Positions 1 through 7,955 of a DNA stretch of 14,799 nucleotides are shown in pieces. This DNA comes from Planctomycetota bacterium (GTDB taxonomy: Bacteria > Planctomycetota > UBA1135 > GCA-002686595), in the NCBI GenBank assembly GCA_029259575.1, contig JAJDEX010000248.1:1-14799 (forward strand), read 5' to 3'. The stretch's first letter is position 1, and each line of letters begins with the position of its first letter. Both the position numbers and the translations under genes were made by a program. The notes beneath the pieces were generated by a model. That model was not told the DNA's origin. It did not search any database and saw nothing but the letters and a program-made list of their open reading frames with translations.

Positions 1-162
1 GCTGCCGATGGCGGGTCGTGCACAACCGGGAGGAAGGTGACGGACGCGGTACTCGACGCGGTACTCCCGACGCCTCCGCCGCGGGCGCGATCGGATCCAC
101 CCATCCGGCTCAGTCGGCGTCGCCGCGGGCTCTCCGATCCGAAGAGTCCGGCGCGGGACGGA

Positions 163-831
163 TCAGGCGAACTGAGCCCGAACGTGATCGGCCGGATCGT
201 CCTCGCACAGCACGCCGCGGACCGAGTGGTACGAGAGCGGAACCTCGCAAGGCTTGCCGGTCACCCGATCGAACGTCATGCACGTGTCGATCGGCTTGGC
301 GTAGAGGTGCAGCGAAACCGCGGGCTGGCCACCGCGCGGACGGATCAGGTGCAGGGCGATCTCGTCCTGGATGTACGCGACCTCGCCCGTCTTGAAGACC
401 TTCGAACGACCTTCGGCGAGTCCTTCGGGCGTGCTGCGCAGGTGCACTTCCTCGAGTTCGCCCTCGAGCACCGCCATCCAGCATTGCTGCCCGGAGTGGT
501 CGTGGACGGGACTCTCGTGGCCGGCGCCCCAACCGAGAAGCAGCATCTCGAACGGACCGCAGCGGTGCACGAGGTTGCGCGTGTACGAGTCCTTGCTGAA
601 ATGCAGCATGGAGCGCCAGTCGTCGTGCTCGCTGGCGTACTCCGCCAAGCGAGCGGGCACCTGGGTCCCGCGCGGATCACGTTTCAGGGCGTCCGCGAGT
701 CGCAGACAGAGGTCGTCGATCGGTTGTTGGTTCAAGGGATCGGTCGTGAATGGGGTCGGCGTGGGTCCGCGCTCGGAACGGCGCCCGGGTCCAGGGGCTA
801 CTTTACCGGAGTCGCGCCCCGATTCCGCCAC
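163..831 (-). CDS. Cysteine dioxygenase type I (cupin superfamily thiol dioxygenase). Last gene of the minus-strand cluster.
   Basis: The 222-aa ORF has the CDO-like pattern PIDDLCLRLADAL...DSYTRNLV...LLLGWGAGHESPVHDHSGQQCWMAVLEGELEE (cupin His motif HxH...). The ORF start is GTG at 831-829, 6 nt after the stop of the upstream cupin gene. The first ~30 aa are low-complexity and atypical, so the true start may be an internal TTG (about 745), giving MNQQPIDDL. No clear SD for either start. Confidence 0.65.
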   Translation of the reverse strand: MAESGRDSGKVAPGPGRRSERGPTPTPFTTDPLNQQPIDDLCLRLADALKRDPRGTQVPARLAEYASEHDDWRSMLHFSKDSYTRNLVHRCGPFEMLLLGWGAGHESPVHDHSGQQCWMAVLEGELEEVHLRSTPEGLAEGRSKVFKTGEVAYIQDEIALHLIRPRGGQPAVSLHLYAKPIDTCMTFDRVTGKPCEVPLSYHSVRGVLCEDDPADHVRAQFA

Positions 832-837
832 CGAACA

Positions 838-1221
838 TCAGGGCGTCTCGACCGGGGAGATTCCGCCCCGGGCGGATGCATACAAAATGCAATCGGGATG
901 TCCCGCATCGGGCTCCCCCAGCGCGACCGGCGCGTGCACGCTGCCCTTCGGATAACGCACGTAGGCGCCGGTCTCGTAGGTCCCCCAAGCGTCGCGATAG
1001 CCTCCGGCGAGGACCAGGACCTCCTCGACGTCCAGGTGCTCGTGCGGCGGATAACCGCACCCGGGCTGCATGCGGATCAGCACGGTGCCCCCGGCCCCGG
1101 CTCCCTTGGCCTCGTCGGTCGCCTCGCTCGCGAGCAGGAACCAGAACACGCCGGGCGAGTTCGTGGCGCGCCAATCGACGTCGGCGGCGTTCACGTCGAG
1201 TTGGAGTCCGGGGATCTTCAT
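838..1221 (-). CDS. Stand-alone ChrR-type cupin domain protein (Cupin_7-like), 127 aa.
   Basis: ATG at 1221-1219 (MKIPGLQL...). The sequence WRATNSPGVFWFLL...GTVLIRMQPGCGYPPHEHLDVEEVLVLAGGYRDAWGTYETGAYVRYPKGSVHAPV..PDC matches the conserved layout of the C-terminal cupin of ChrR-family anti-sigma factors. It sits 29 nt after the stop of the upstream repeat protein, and its own stop is 6 nt before the CDO start. The longer 376-aa ORF in the track is an out-of-gene extension overlapping the upstream CDS. Confidence 0.6.
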   Translation of the reverse strand: MKIPGLQLDVNAADVDWRATNSPGVFWFLLASEATDEAKGAGAGGTVLIRMQPGCGYPPHEHLDVEEVLVLAGGYRDAWGTYETGAYVRYPKGSVHAPVALGEPDAGHPDCILYASARGGISPVETP

Positions 1222-1250
1222 GGTGGTCGAGCGAGGGACGGGGAGACGCG

Positions 1251-3644
1251 TCACGTCTTGGGCTTCAGCTTCGGTCGCAGCGTCGTGTTGCGTCCGCTCA
1301 GCTGGAACTCGGTCGAGTAGGTCCGGAACTTCGGGTGCGTGACGACGAGCTTCCAACGATACCGCGGCAGCGCGTCGATGCGGTACTCGCCCTTGCGCTT
1401 GGTCGCCTTGCTCTCGAAGGTCTTCGAGCCCCAAGGTCGTCCGCCCTCGTCGACGGGCAGGCGCCGCACCGTCACCTTCGCGTCCTGGATGGGCTTGCCG
1501 TTCGAGGACACGCGCACGGTCAAGCGACCGACCGTGCGGAGCTCGAAACGACCGACGTCGTGCGTTGCGCCGGGAGCGAGCGCGAGCGTGCCGAGCGGCA
1601 GGACCTCCATGCCGGGTGCCTTGGCGGACAAGGTCGTCCGACCAGGTTTCAGACCCGTGATGCGGAAGCGGGTTCCATCCAGGCTGACCGCCGCACCGCG
1701 GAGTCGGTCGAACCGCAATCCGGGGACGGGACGTTGGTCGCCCTGCACGACGATCTCGCCCTCGATCGTGGCGGGGTCCTTCGGCACGGTCGGTCTCAGG
1801 ACGATCGTGACGACCTCGTTCGCCGCCTCGGGCATGCTCAATTCGATGCGACTCGCGGGCAAGTAGCCCACCGCTTTGAACTCGAGGAGGGACACCTTGC
1901 CCGCCGACAGACCCTCGACCTCGAAGCGACCGAACGAGTCGGTCTGGACGTCGCCGCTCCGGTACCACGGCTTGGCCAGGACGAGGAGCTCAGCCCCCGG
2001 GATCGCGAACCCCTCCGTGTCGACGACTCGACCGCGAAGCGTCAGGCCCGGATCCAGTTCGACACGCACGACACGCGTCTCGCCAGGACGCAGCATGTAG
2101 TTCTTGTCCCCCAACTCGGGGTGGCTCACGGTCCCCTTGATCAACTGTCCCTCCCCCACGACGACCGACCAGGTCCCGTCCTCGGCGGTGACGAGCGGAG
2201 TGCGCGAGGCCGGATACTCGGCCCTGCGAATGGTCAAGGTCATGGTGACGAGCGCACCTGCGACCGGTTCGCCCGCCGCATCGACGACGAGACCTTGCAC
2301 GGTCCGCGGCTTGGGAAGATTCACCAGGATCTCGCTCTTGGTGAACTGCCCCCGCGGGGCATCGGCCGTCCCGAACCGCAACGATCCGTCCGTGGCCATG
2401 GCCAGCAGCATCGTGGTGGTTCGCGCGTTCTGCTCGAACTGGAACTGCCCCTGCTCGCCCGCCTGCTTGCTGACCACGAACGGGGGAACGGTCGAGGCGA
2501 TGTCGCTGATCGATTCGAGGTCCTTGTAGTGCTGCTTCACCGCCGTCGCGACGAAGGCACCGGCGGCAGGACTCCCATCGTGCTCGACCACGCGCCCGTT
2601 CAGGAAGACGGACGTATCGACGCGCCAGGTCACCTGGGTCAACGGCGGACTCAGGCGTGCGATGCGGGCGGCATATCCGCCCCATGGCAACGTGGCTCTC
2701 AAGTAGACGTCGCAGGGGGGCAATTCATCGAGCGTGAACGTGCCGTCCCCACCCACGGTGATCGTCTGGCCGCGCGCTTCCGCAAGGTCTCGACCGACGC
2801 CTTGAGGGATCGGGAACCAATCCACCAGCACGCCCGGAACTGCCTGCTGCGTGCGTCCGCTCTCGATGCGAACGACGAGCTTCGTCCCCTCGGAGCGCAG
2901 GAGTTCGACCTCGCTGGTCTCGTCGGGCAGGACGTTGATCCCGGAGACGACGCTGACCACTCCGTAGGGGGCGAGCAAGGCGACGCCGTAGACGCCGCGG
3001 TGCATCCCGGTGAACGTGAACTTGCCCTGGTCGTCCAACTCGATCTCTTGGAGAGGGTCGTTGCCGCGCGCGAGTTCGTACTGGGACCAGAGCCCGACCG
3101 TGTGCGGTACGCCCGCAGGCAACCGGGCGCCGGTCACGCGCCCCTCGATGCGGCCGAGAGGCTGCATCTCGTAGCGGATGAGCTCGCCGAACTCGGCGTC
3201 GGAGCGGCGCATCGGCGCGAAACCATCGTGCTCGACGGCGACGGACGGAATGCCCGCAGCGGACCACGGCTGGGAGAACCTGCCCTCCGCATCGGTCGCG
3301 ATCCGCAGCGCGAAATCTCCCGCGACGAGCTGGACGGTGGCTTCGGCGATCGGCTCACCGTCCACGCGATTCGTGACGATCCCCAGGACGTGCTGCACGC
3401 CTTCGAACGCGTGCTCCTGGCCCATCGCCAGACGCCCGCCGTCCTGGATCGAGCTGGAGGTCGCCCCGTCGCCGCGCATCCCCTCGCCGAGCAACGTGTC
3501 GTCTTCGTCGACGGCGACGATCTGCGGCTCGAGCGGTTCGACGACCGGCGCCGACTGGTTGCTGGACCCGCGCACCGCGAATCCGATGCCGACGGCGAGG
3601 ACGAGCAACGCAGCCAGTGCGAGGACCGCCCGAACCCGACTCAC
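1251..3644 (-). CDS. Signal-anchored large extracytoplasmic protein, ~798 aa, made of tandem carboxypeptidase-regulatory-like (transthyretin/Cna-B-like) beta-sandwich domains.
   Basis: Proposed GTG start at 3644-3642, preceded by GGAG (revcomp of ctcc 3651-3654) at a 6-nt spacing. N-terminus is MSRVRAVLALAALLVLAVGIGFAVRGSS (signal anchor). There are at least 7 repeats of the G(R/L)V.D..G.P..GA.V type (for example LNGRVVEHDGSPAAGAFV, LRGRVVDTEGFAIPGAELLV, VQGLVVDAAGEPVAGALVTM, TVGRLTVRVSSNGKPIQDAKVTV). The 891-aa ORF in the track is a 5' over-extension. The GTG overlaps the upstream gene stop (TGA 3643-3641) as GTGA, consistent with translational coupling. Confidence 0.7.
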   Translation of the reverse strand: MSRVRAVLALAALLVLAVGIGFAVRGSSNQSAPVVEPLEPQIVAVDEDDTLLGEGMRGDGATSSSIQDGGRLAMGQEHAFEGVQHVLGIVTNRVDGEPIAEATVQLVAGDFALRIATDAEGRFSQPWSAAGIPSVAVEHDGFAPMRRSDAEFGELIRYEMQPLGRIEGRVTGARLPAGVPHTVGLWSQYELARGNDPLQEIELDDQGKFTFTGMHRGVYGVALLAPYGVVSVVSGINVLPDETSEVELLRSEGTKLVVRIESGRTQQAVPGVLVDWFPIPQGVGRDLAEARGQTITVGGDGTFTLDELPPCDVYLRATLPWGGYAARIARLSPPLTQVTWRVDTSVFLNGRVVEHDGSPAAGAFVATAVKQHYKDLESISDIASTVPPFVVSKQAGEQGQFQFEQNARTTTMLLAMATDGSLRFGTADAPRGQFTKSEILVNLPKPRTVQGLVVDAAGEPVAGALVTMTLTIRRAEYPASRTPLVTAEDGTWSVVVGEGQLIKGTVSHPELGDKNYMLRPGETRVVRVELDPGLTLRGRVVDTEGFAIPGAELLVLAKPWYRSGDVQTDSFGRFEVEGLSAGKVSLLEFKAVGYLPASRIELSMPEAANEVVTIVLRPTVPKDPATIEGEIVVQGDQRPVPGLRFDRLRGAAVSLDGTRFRITGLKPGRTTLSAKAPGMEVLPLGTLALAPGATHDVGRFELRTVGRLTVRVSSNGKPIQDAKVTVRRLPVDEGGRPWGSKTFESKATKRKGEYRIDALPRYRWKLVVTHPKFRTYSTEFQLSGRNTTLRPKLKPKT

Positions 3645-4579
3645 CCTTCGCTCCCCAAGAGGTCCGGGGACAGGTCGGCGACAGGCTCGTGGATGCCAGT
3701 CGCGTCGAGCGTCGGGAAGGAACCGTAGGCGCGCCCCTCCAGGTTGAACTGCAGGACGCGCTCGCCGTCGCGGTCGATGACGCAGACCCGCGTCGAGGCG
3801 TCGTCGTCCCCGGGGATCAACGCGAGGTCCGCGGGATGCACGAGCGGCTCCTCGAGGTCGAGTCGTCCCTGGGGGCGGCCGGCACGATCCAAGAGGTGCA
3901 ATCCCCCGGGCGCACCGGGGGCGCAATCGAGCGCCACGACGATGCGACCGTCGGGCATGCGCTCGAACGAGGTCGGGACCTCTTCGCGCGCGCCGGGCAG
4001 ATCGAGGGCGTAGTGGAAGTTGCCGTCCTCGAAGACCTGGATGCGACGGCGGCCGGACTCGAGGACCGCGACCGAGCCATCATCGAGGCGTACGCGGACG
4101 GCGCTCTGGAACAAGCCCTCGGGATCGCCGTCGGGACGCAACGACAGCGTGCGACCGGTCGCGGGATGCATCAACTGCACCGCGTGTCGGCGACGTCCTC
4201 CGCTGACCACGGCCAGCACCAGATCGTCGTCCGTACCTTCGACGGCGAGCGCGACGGGTCGTCCCAGTTGCCCGCGTCGATCGGAATCGAGCGACAGGGG
4301 GTCACCCAACGTCACGACCTCGCGGCCGAACAACGAGAACGCGCGCACGCGGCACGCCGCCCCGTCCGCGACCCACAGGCGATGATCGCCGTCGGCCGCG
4401 AGACCGTCGACCGACGAGCGCCCCATGTCGGTGTCACGGAACGTGAAGCCGCTCTCGAGGCGCCGACCGTCCAGGTCGAACGACGCGACGCGCGCGGTGC
4501 GCGCGTGGCGGCCGACGTAGAGAACGCCGGAGCGATGTGCGATGGAGCCCTGCAAGGACCAGAGTGTACGCATCGACAC
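3641..4579 (-). CDS. NHL-repeat / six-bladed beta-propeller protein, 312 aa, no obvious signal peptide.
   Basis: Repeated propeller-blade motifs: GVLYVGRHA, RLWVADGAACRVRAF, LVLAVVSGGRRRHAVQLMH, AVLESGRRRIQVFEDG, RIVVALDCAP, RVCVIDRDGERVLQFN. Start is GTG 4579-4577 (directly after the upstream TAG 4582-4580) or ATG 4573-4571. Confidence 0.55.
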   Translation of the reverse strand: MSMRTLWSLQGSIAHRSGVLYVGRHARTARVASFDLDGRRLESGFTFRDTDMGRSSVDGLAADGDHRLWVADGAACRVRAFSLFGREVVTLGDPLSLDSDRRGQLGRPVALAVEGTDDDLVLAVVSGGRRRHAVQLMHPATGRTLSLRPDGDPEGLFQSAVRVRLDDGSVAVLESGRRRIQVFEDGNFHYALDLPGAREEVPTSFERMPDGRIVVALDCAPGAPGGLHLLDRAGRPQGRLDLEEPLVHPADLALIPGDDDASTRVCVIDRDGERVLQFNLEGRAYGSFPTLDATGIHEPVADLSPDLLGSEG

Positions 4580-5440
4580 CTACGTGTCGGAAGAGAGTCG
4601 TACGAAGACGACCTCGGGTGAGGCACGAAACCGCAGAGGGCCGCCCACGACGCCGATGCCGCGACTCGCGATGAGAACCGTGGGTCCGAGCTCGACGCGC
4701 AACCCCGGATGCGGCGGCCCAAATCGAGTCAATGGCCATACATCCATCTGGCCGCCGTGCGCGTGTCCCGAGAACACGGCGACGCATCCTTCGCGTGCGA
4801 GCGCCGCGGCCGCGCCCGGGTGATGACACAGGCACAACTCGAGATCGCCGGGTTCGAGGACGGCGCGCGCGGCATCGATGTCGAGCGCGCGGCCCTCTTC
4901 CGGGTCCTCGACGCCGGTGACGACCATTCGCCGCTCCGCGATGCGCACGCCTTCGTTGCGCAGGAATCGCCAACCGTGTTCGGCGTAGCTCGCAGCCAGT
5001 TCGCCTTCACGACGATCGCGGTAATCGTGATTGCCGAACACTCCGAAGACACCGAGCGGTGCGCTCAAGCTGCCCAGTTCGGCCCGGACGAGTTCAGCTT
5101 CCTCATGCCGGTTCGCGACGAGGTCTCCGGTGAACACGATCACGTCGGGATTTCGAGCCTTGACCGTCGCGAGCACGTGGTCCAGGTCACGCCCCTTCAG
5201 GAACGGCCCCGCATGCACGTCGGACAGGTGCGCTACGACCAAGCCGTCCAGGTCGGCGCGAGCTTCGGGAATGCGCACGACCTCCTCGCGGACACGCAGT
5301 CCCCGCGGACTCAAGTGCCGCCAGCGATACCAGGCGCGGCCGCCCAACATGCGCAGCACGCATTCGGACGTTCGGAAGAACGCGCGGCGCAACCACGAGT
5401 GCCGGCGGACCGGCTGACGCAACGGGTCCGCGCGCGTCAT
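4580..5440 (-). CDS. Calcineurin-like metallophosphoesterase (YkuE/YaeI-type), ~286 aa.
   Basis: Canonical MPP motifs: HLSDVH(A), GDLV, GNHD(Y), GHAHGG. Preferred start is ATG 5440-5438 (MTRADPLRQ...), 4 nt downstream of the anti-sigma stop (TGA 5447-5445). The longer track start at 5491 would overlap the anti-sigma by 47 nt. Confidence 0.75.
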   Translation of the reverse strand: MTRADPLRQPVRRHSWLRRAFFRTSECVLRMLGGRAWYRWRHLSPRGLRVREEVVRIPEARADLDGLVVAHLSDVHAGPFLKGRDLDHVLATVKARNPDVIVFTGDLVANRHEEAELVRAELGSLSAPLGVFGVFGNHDYRDRREGELAASYAEHGWRFLRNEGVRIAERRMVVTGVEDPEEGRALDIDAARAVLEPGDLELCLCHHPGAAAALAREGCVAVFSGHAHGGQMDVWPLTRFGPPHPGLRVELGPTVLIASRGIGVVGGPLRFRASPEVVFVRLSSDT

Positions 5441-5444
5441 CGCG

Positions 5445-6218
5445 TCAATCGGTGGTCCCGACGCCGCGCTCGGTCGGCTGCCCGACGGCAAGTATCACCT
5501 CGCCTTCGGCATCGATCCATTTGGGCTCACCGGCACGCGCGGTCAAGCGCATCCGCAGGCCAAGGGCAGTCATGTCCAAGACGTCCCCGGCCTTCAGGTC
5601 GGCGAGGCCCAGCCCGCACTGCACCGTCAGCGGTCCGGTGACCTCGATCGAGCCGGAACCCAGGTCGAAGATCAGCGGCGTGCGCTGTTGCAGGCGCACG
5701 GCCGCGTTCGGTTCCAGGCGAATCCGCGCGTCACCCAGCACCAGGTCCGCGCGACCGTCGGGACCGGATTCGACGACCTGGCCGCCCATCAACTTGGTCG
5801 GGGCGTCCTCGACCGCGGAACCGCTGATCGAGACCTCGCCCGCCAGCCGGGTCACGACGACCGACGGCAGGGTCGGGAAATCGCGCGTGACGGCCCACAT
5901 CAGGATCGCCATCAATGCGGGATAGAGGAACAGGCGCAAACGCGAGCGCTTGCCCGCGACGCCACGTGACTCGTCCTCCTGCATCTGGCGCCGCGCCATG
6001 GCGCGCGCCTTGGTCTCCTGGTCGCGGACCTCCCGGCGCGCGTGGCCCAAAGCCGCGGTCGTCTCGACCATGCCCGCCCAAACCCCTTTGCACTCCGGGC
6101 AGTCGTCCAGGTGCGCCCGCAAGCGCTCGACCTCGGCCCCCGGCAGGCTGGACGACAGGTGCTTCCGCGCGAGGTCGCGCATCTGGCTGCAGAGGTCGGT
6201 CGGGTCGGGAGAGGACAT
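5445..6218 (-). CDS. Membrane-spanning anti-sigma factor: N-terminal zf-HC2 zinc-finger anti-sigma domain, one TM helix, and an extracytoplasmic FecR-like beta-rich domain. First gene of the minus-strand cluster.
   Basis: N-terminus DLCSQMRDLARKHL...RLRAHLDDCPECKG carries the C..H..C..C zf-HC2 signature (the HxxxCxxC part is HLDDCPEC). TM is LRLFLYPALMAILMWAV. The C-terminal region (RADLVLGDARIRLEPNAAVRL...LIFDLGSGSIEVTG) resembles FecR-type sensor domains. No sigma gene lies upstream; the next minus-strand gene is gltX, 129 bp away. Confidence 0.6.
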   Translation of the reverse strand: MSSPDPTDLCSQMRDLARKHLSSSLPGAEVERLRAHLDDCPECKGVWAGMVETTAALGHARREVRDQETKARAMARRQMQEDESRGVAGKRSRLRLFLYPALMAILMWAVTRDFPTLPSVVVTRLAGEVSISGSAVEDAPTKLMGGQVVESGPDGRADLVLGDARIRLEPNAAVRLQQRTPLIFDLGSGSIEVTGPLTVQCGLGLADLKAGDVLDMTALGLRMRLTARAGEPKWIDAEGEVILAVGQPTERGVGTTD

Positions 6219-6347
6219 CAGGAACGGAGCGACGGCCCCTGTGCATCATCGGCGGGGATCCCGGGATTCCCTCGCCCCAACCGGACAACTCTTCGCCGCG
6301 CGACGCGATTCCCCGCCTGGATGGACGGGGGCCCGATGAAGCGCGAG

Positions 6348-7820
6348 CTAGGCCAAGCGCCGGGCACCCGCCGCGATACGCGCGAGCGATGCTTCGAAGC
6401 CCAGCAGGTCGAGCGTCTGGAACAGGTCCGGACCACCGGGCTGTCCGGTCAGGGCACAACGCAACGGCTGGAAGAGGTCCGGGATCTTGGCGTCGTGCTC
6501 TTGCACCCAGGCTTTGGTCGCTTCGCCGAGTTCCAGGGCATCCCCGATCGATCCGCGTTCTTTCAGCCAGCCGGCGTAGGCCTCGAGCAGTTCGACGCGA
6601 CGGTCACGCTTGCGCGCTCCCTTCTCGGCCTTGGGGTCGTACACGACGGCATCGTCCGCGACGAAGAAGTGACCGATCCATGCGGGTAGATCGGCGTACA
6701 GGTTCAGGCGCTCCTGGACCGAAACGACGACGCGCTCGAACCACGCGCGACGGTCGGCGATCTGGTCGGCGGTCAGCAGTCCGGCTTCGATCACGAACGG
6801 CGCGGTGTGCTCGACGAGTTCGGCCGGGGACTCCTGGCGCAGGTACTCGCCGGCGAGCCAACCGAACTTGTCCATGTCGAAGACCGCGCCGGCCTTCGAC
6901 ACGTCCGTGGCCTCGAAGTTCTGGACGAGTTGCTCCATCGAGAACACCTCGGTCTCGCCATCGAGCGCCCAGCCCTGCAACGCGAGGAAGTTCAAGATCG
7001 CCGCTTTGGGATACCCGTTCGCGCGATAGTCCCCCAACGACGTGTCCCCGGTGCGCTTGCTCAACTTCTTGCGATCCTTGCCGAGCATCAACGGCAGGTG
7101 CCCGAAGTCCGGCGCTTCGAGCCCGAGCACGCTGTACAGCAGGATCTGCTTGGGTGTGTTGGTCAGGTGCTCTTCGCCGCGCAGGACGTGGCTGATCTGC
7201 ATGTCGATGTCGTCGCACACGACGACGAAGTTGTAGGTCGGGTTGCCGCCCCCGCGACGCACCAGCACCCAATCGTCGATCTCGGCGTTCGGGAAGGTCA
7301 CGTCCCCGCGCACGAGGTCGGTGAACGACGTCTCGCCGTCCGGGATGCGGAAGCGCAACGCGAACTCCTCGCCGGCATCCGCGCGCCGCTGGCTCTCGGC
7401 CGCATCCAGGTCACGATCCTCGCCGCGGTAGGCCACCATCTGCTTGCGGGCCTCCTGTTCGGCGCGCCATGCATCCAGTTGTTCGGGCGTCGAGAAGTCG
7501 CGGTAGGCCACGCCCATCTCGAGCAGCTTCTGGGCCGTCGCGCGGTGACCGTCCACCCGCTCGCTCTGCATGTAGGGCACGTGCGGACCGCCGATGTCGG
7601 GACCCTCGTCCCAATCGAGACCGAGCCAGCGCAGACCCTCGAGGATCGCGTCGAGCGATTCCTGGGTGCTGCGGCCCGCATCCGTGTCCTCGATGCGCAG
7701 CACGAACGTGCCTTCGTGGCCGCGGGCGAACGCCCAGTTGAAGAGAGCGGTGCGGCACAGACCGAGGTGAACGGTGCCGGTGGGACTGGGGGCGATGCGG
7801 ACGCGGACGGGACGGGACAC
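6348..7820 (-). CDS. gltX: Glutamate--tRNA ligase (glutamyl-tRNA synthetase), 490 aa.
   Basis: GTG start at 7820-7818 (MSRPVRVRIAPSPTGTVHLG) with GAGGAG at a 7-nt spacing. Class I HIGH motif (PSPTGTVHLGLCRTALFNWAFAR) and KMSKS-type motif (KKLSKR). Overall GluRS collinearity (IEDTDAGRS, NPTYNFVVVCDDIDMQISHVLRGEEH). Confidence 0.9.
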   Translation of the reverse strand: MSRPVRVRIAPSPTGTVHLGLCRTALFNWAFARGHEGTFVLRIEDTDAGRSTQESLDAILEGLRWLGLDWDEGPDIGGPHVPYMQSERVDGHRATAQKLLEMGVAYRDFSTPEQLDAWRAEQEARKQMVAYRGEDRDLDAAESQRRADAGEEFALRFRIPDGETSFTDLVRGDVTFPNAEIDDWVLVRRGGGNPTYNFVVVCDDIDMQISHVLRGEEHLTNTPKQILLYSVLGLEAPDFGHLPLMLGKDRKKLSKRTGDTSLGDYRANGYPKAAILNFLALQGWALDGETEVFSMEQLVQNFEATDVSKAGAVFDMDKFGWLAGEYLRQESPAELVEHTAPFVIEAGLLTADQIADRRAWFERVVVSVQERLNLYADLPAWIGHFFVADDAVVYDPKAEKGARKRDRRVELLEAYAGWLKERGSIGDALELGEATKAWVQEHDAKIPDLFQPLRCALTGQPGGPDLFQTLDLLGFEASLARIAAGARRLA

Positions 7821-7955
7821 GGGGTGGCTCCTCTGGGAAATGGCGCGACGAGGATAGCCGCGCATCGACCCGAACACCCGAGCCGACGCCGGTTCCTGCG
7901 CGGTCCGGGAACTCCGGGGTGGGGAATCGCCCCCACCGAGGCTAGATTCGAGGCC

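Noticed and set aside
139-162. Possible terminator hairpin downstream of CDO (GTCC-GGCGCG-GGAC followed by TCTTCGG on the minus strand)
   Set aside because: It has only a 4-bp stem and a poor U-tract. I cannot distinguish it from background GC-rich self-complementarity, and the window edge prevents seeing what follows.
750-3728. 992-aa plus-strand ORF, plus the 37-1320, 5915-7195 (R/P-rich) and 1339-1866 ORFs
   Set aside because: These are antisense to the CDO, cupin, repeat-protein, anti-sigma and gltX genes. Their translations are extremely Arg/Pro/Ala-rich, which is the typical GC-artefact composition, and no domains are recognisable.
5441-5491. Longer metallophosphoesterase start (MPSGSRPSAASGPPIDAM...) and the longer cupin (838-1968) and repeat-protein (to 3926) starts from the ORF track
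   Set aside because: These extensions would overlap the upstream CDSs by 47 to more than 700 nt. They add low-complexity, non-conserved N-termini. The downstream ATG/GTG starts give compact spacing and a proper signal anchor, with an SD in the repeat-protein case.
6250-6300. ECF-type promoter (GGAAT -35 element) upstream of the anti-sigma gene
   Set aside because: A GGAAT pentamer is present, but no convincing -10 (CGTC/GTT type) lies at the correct spacing. It cannot be supported from sequence alone.
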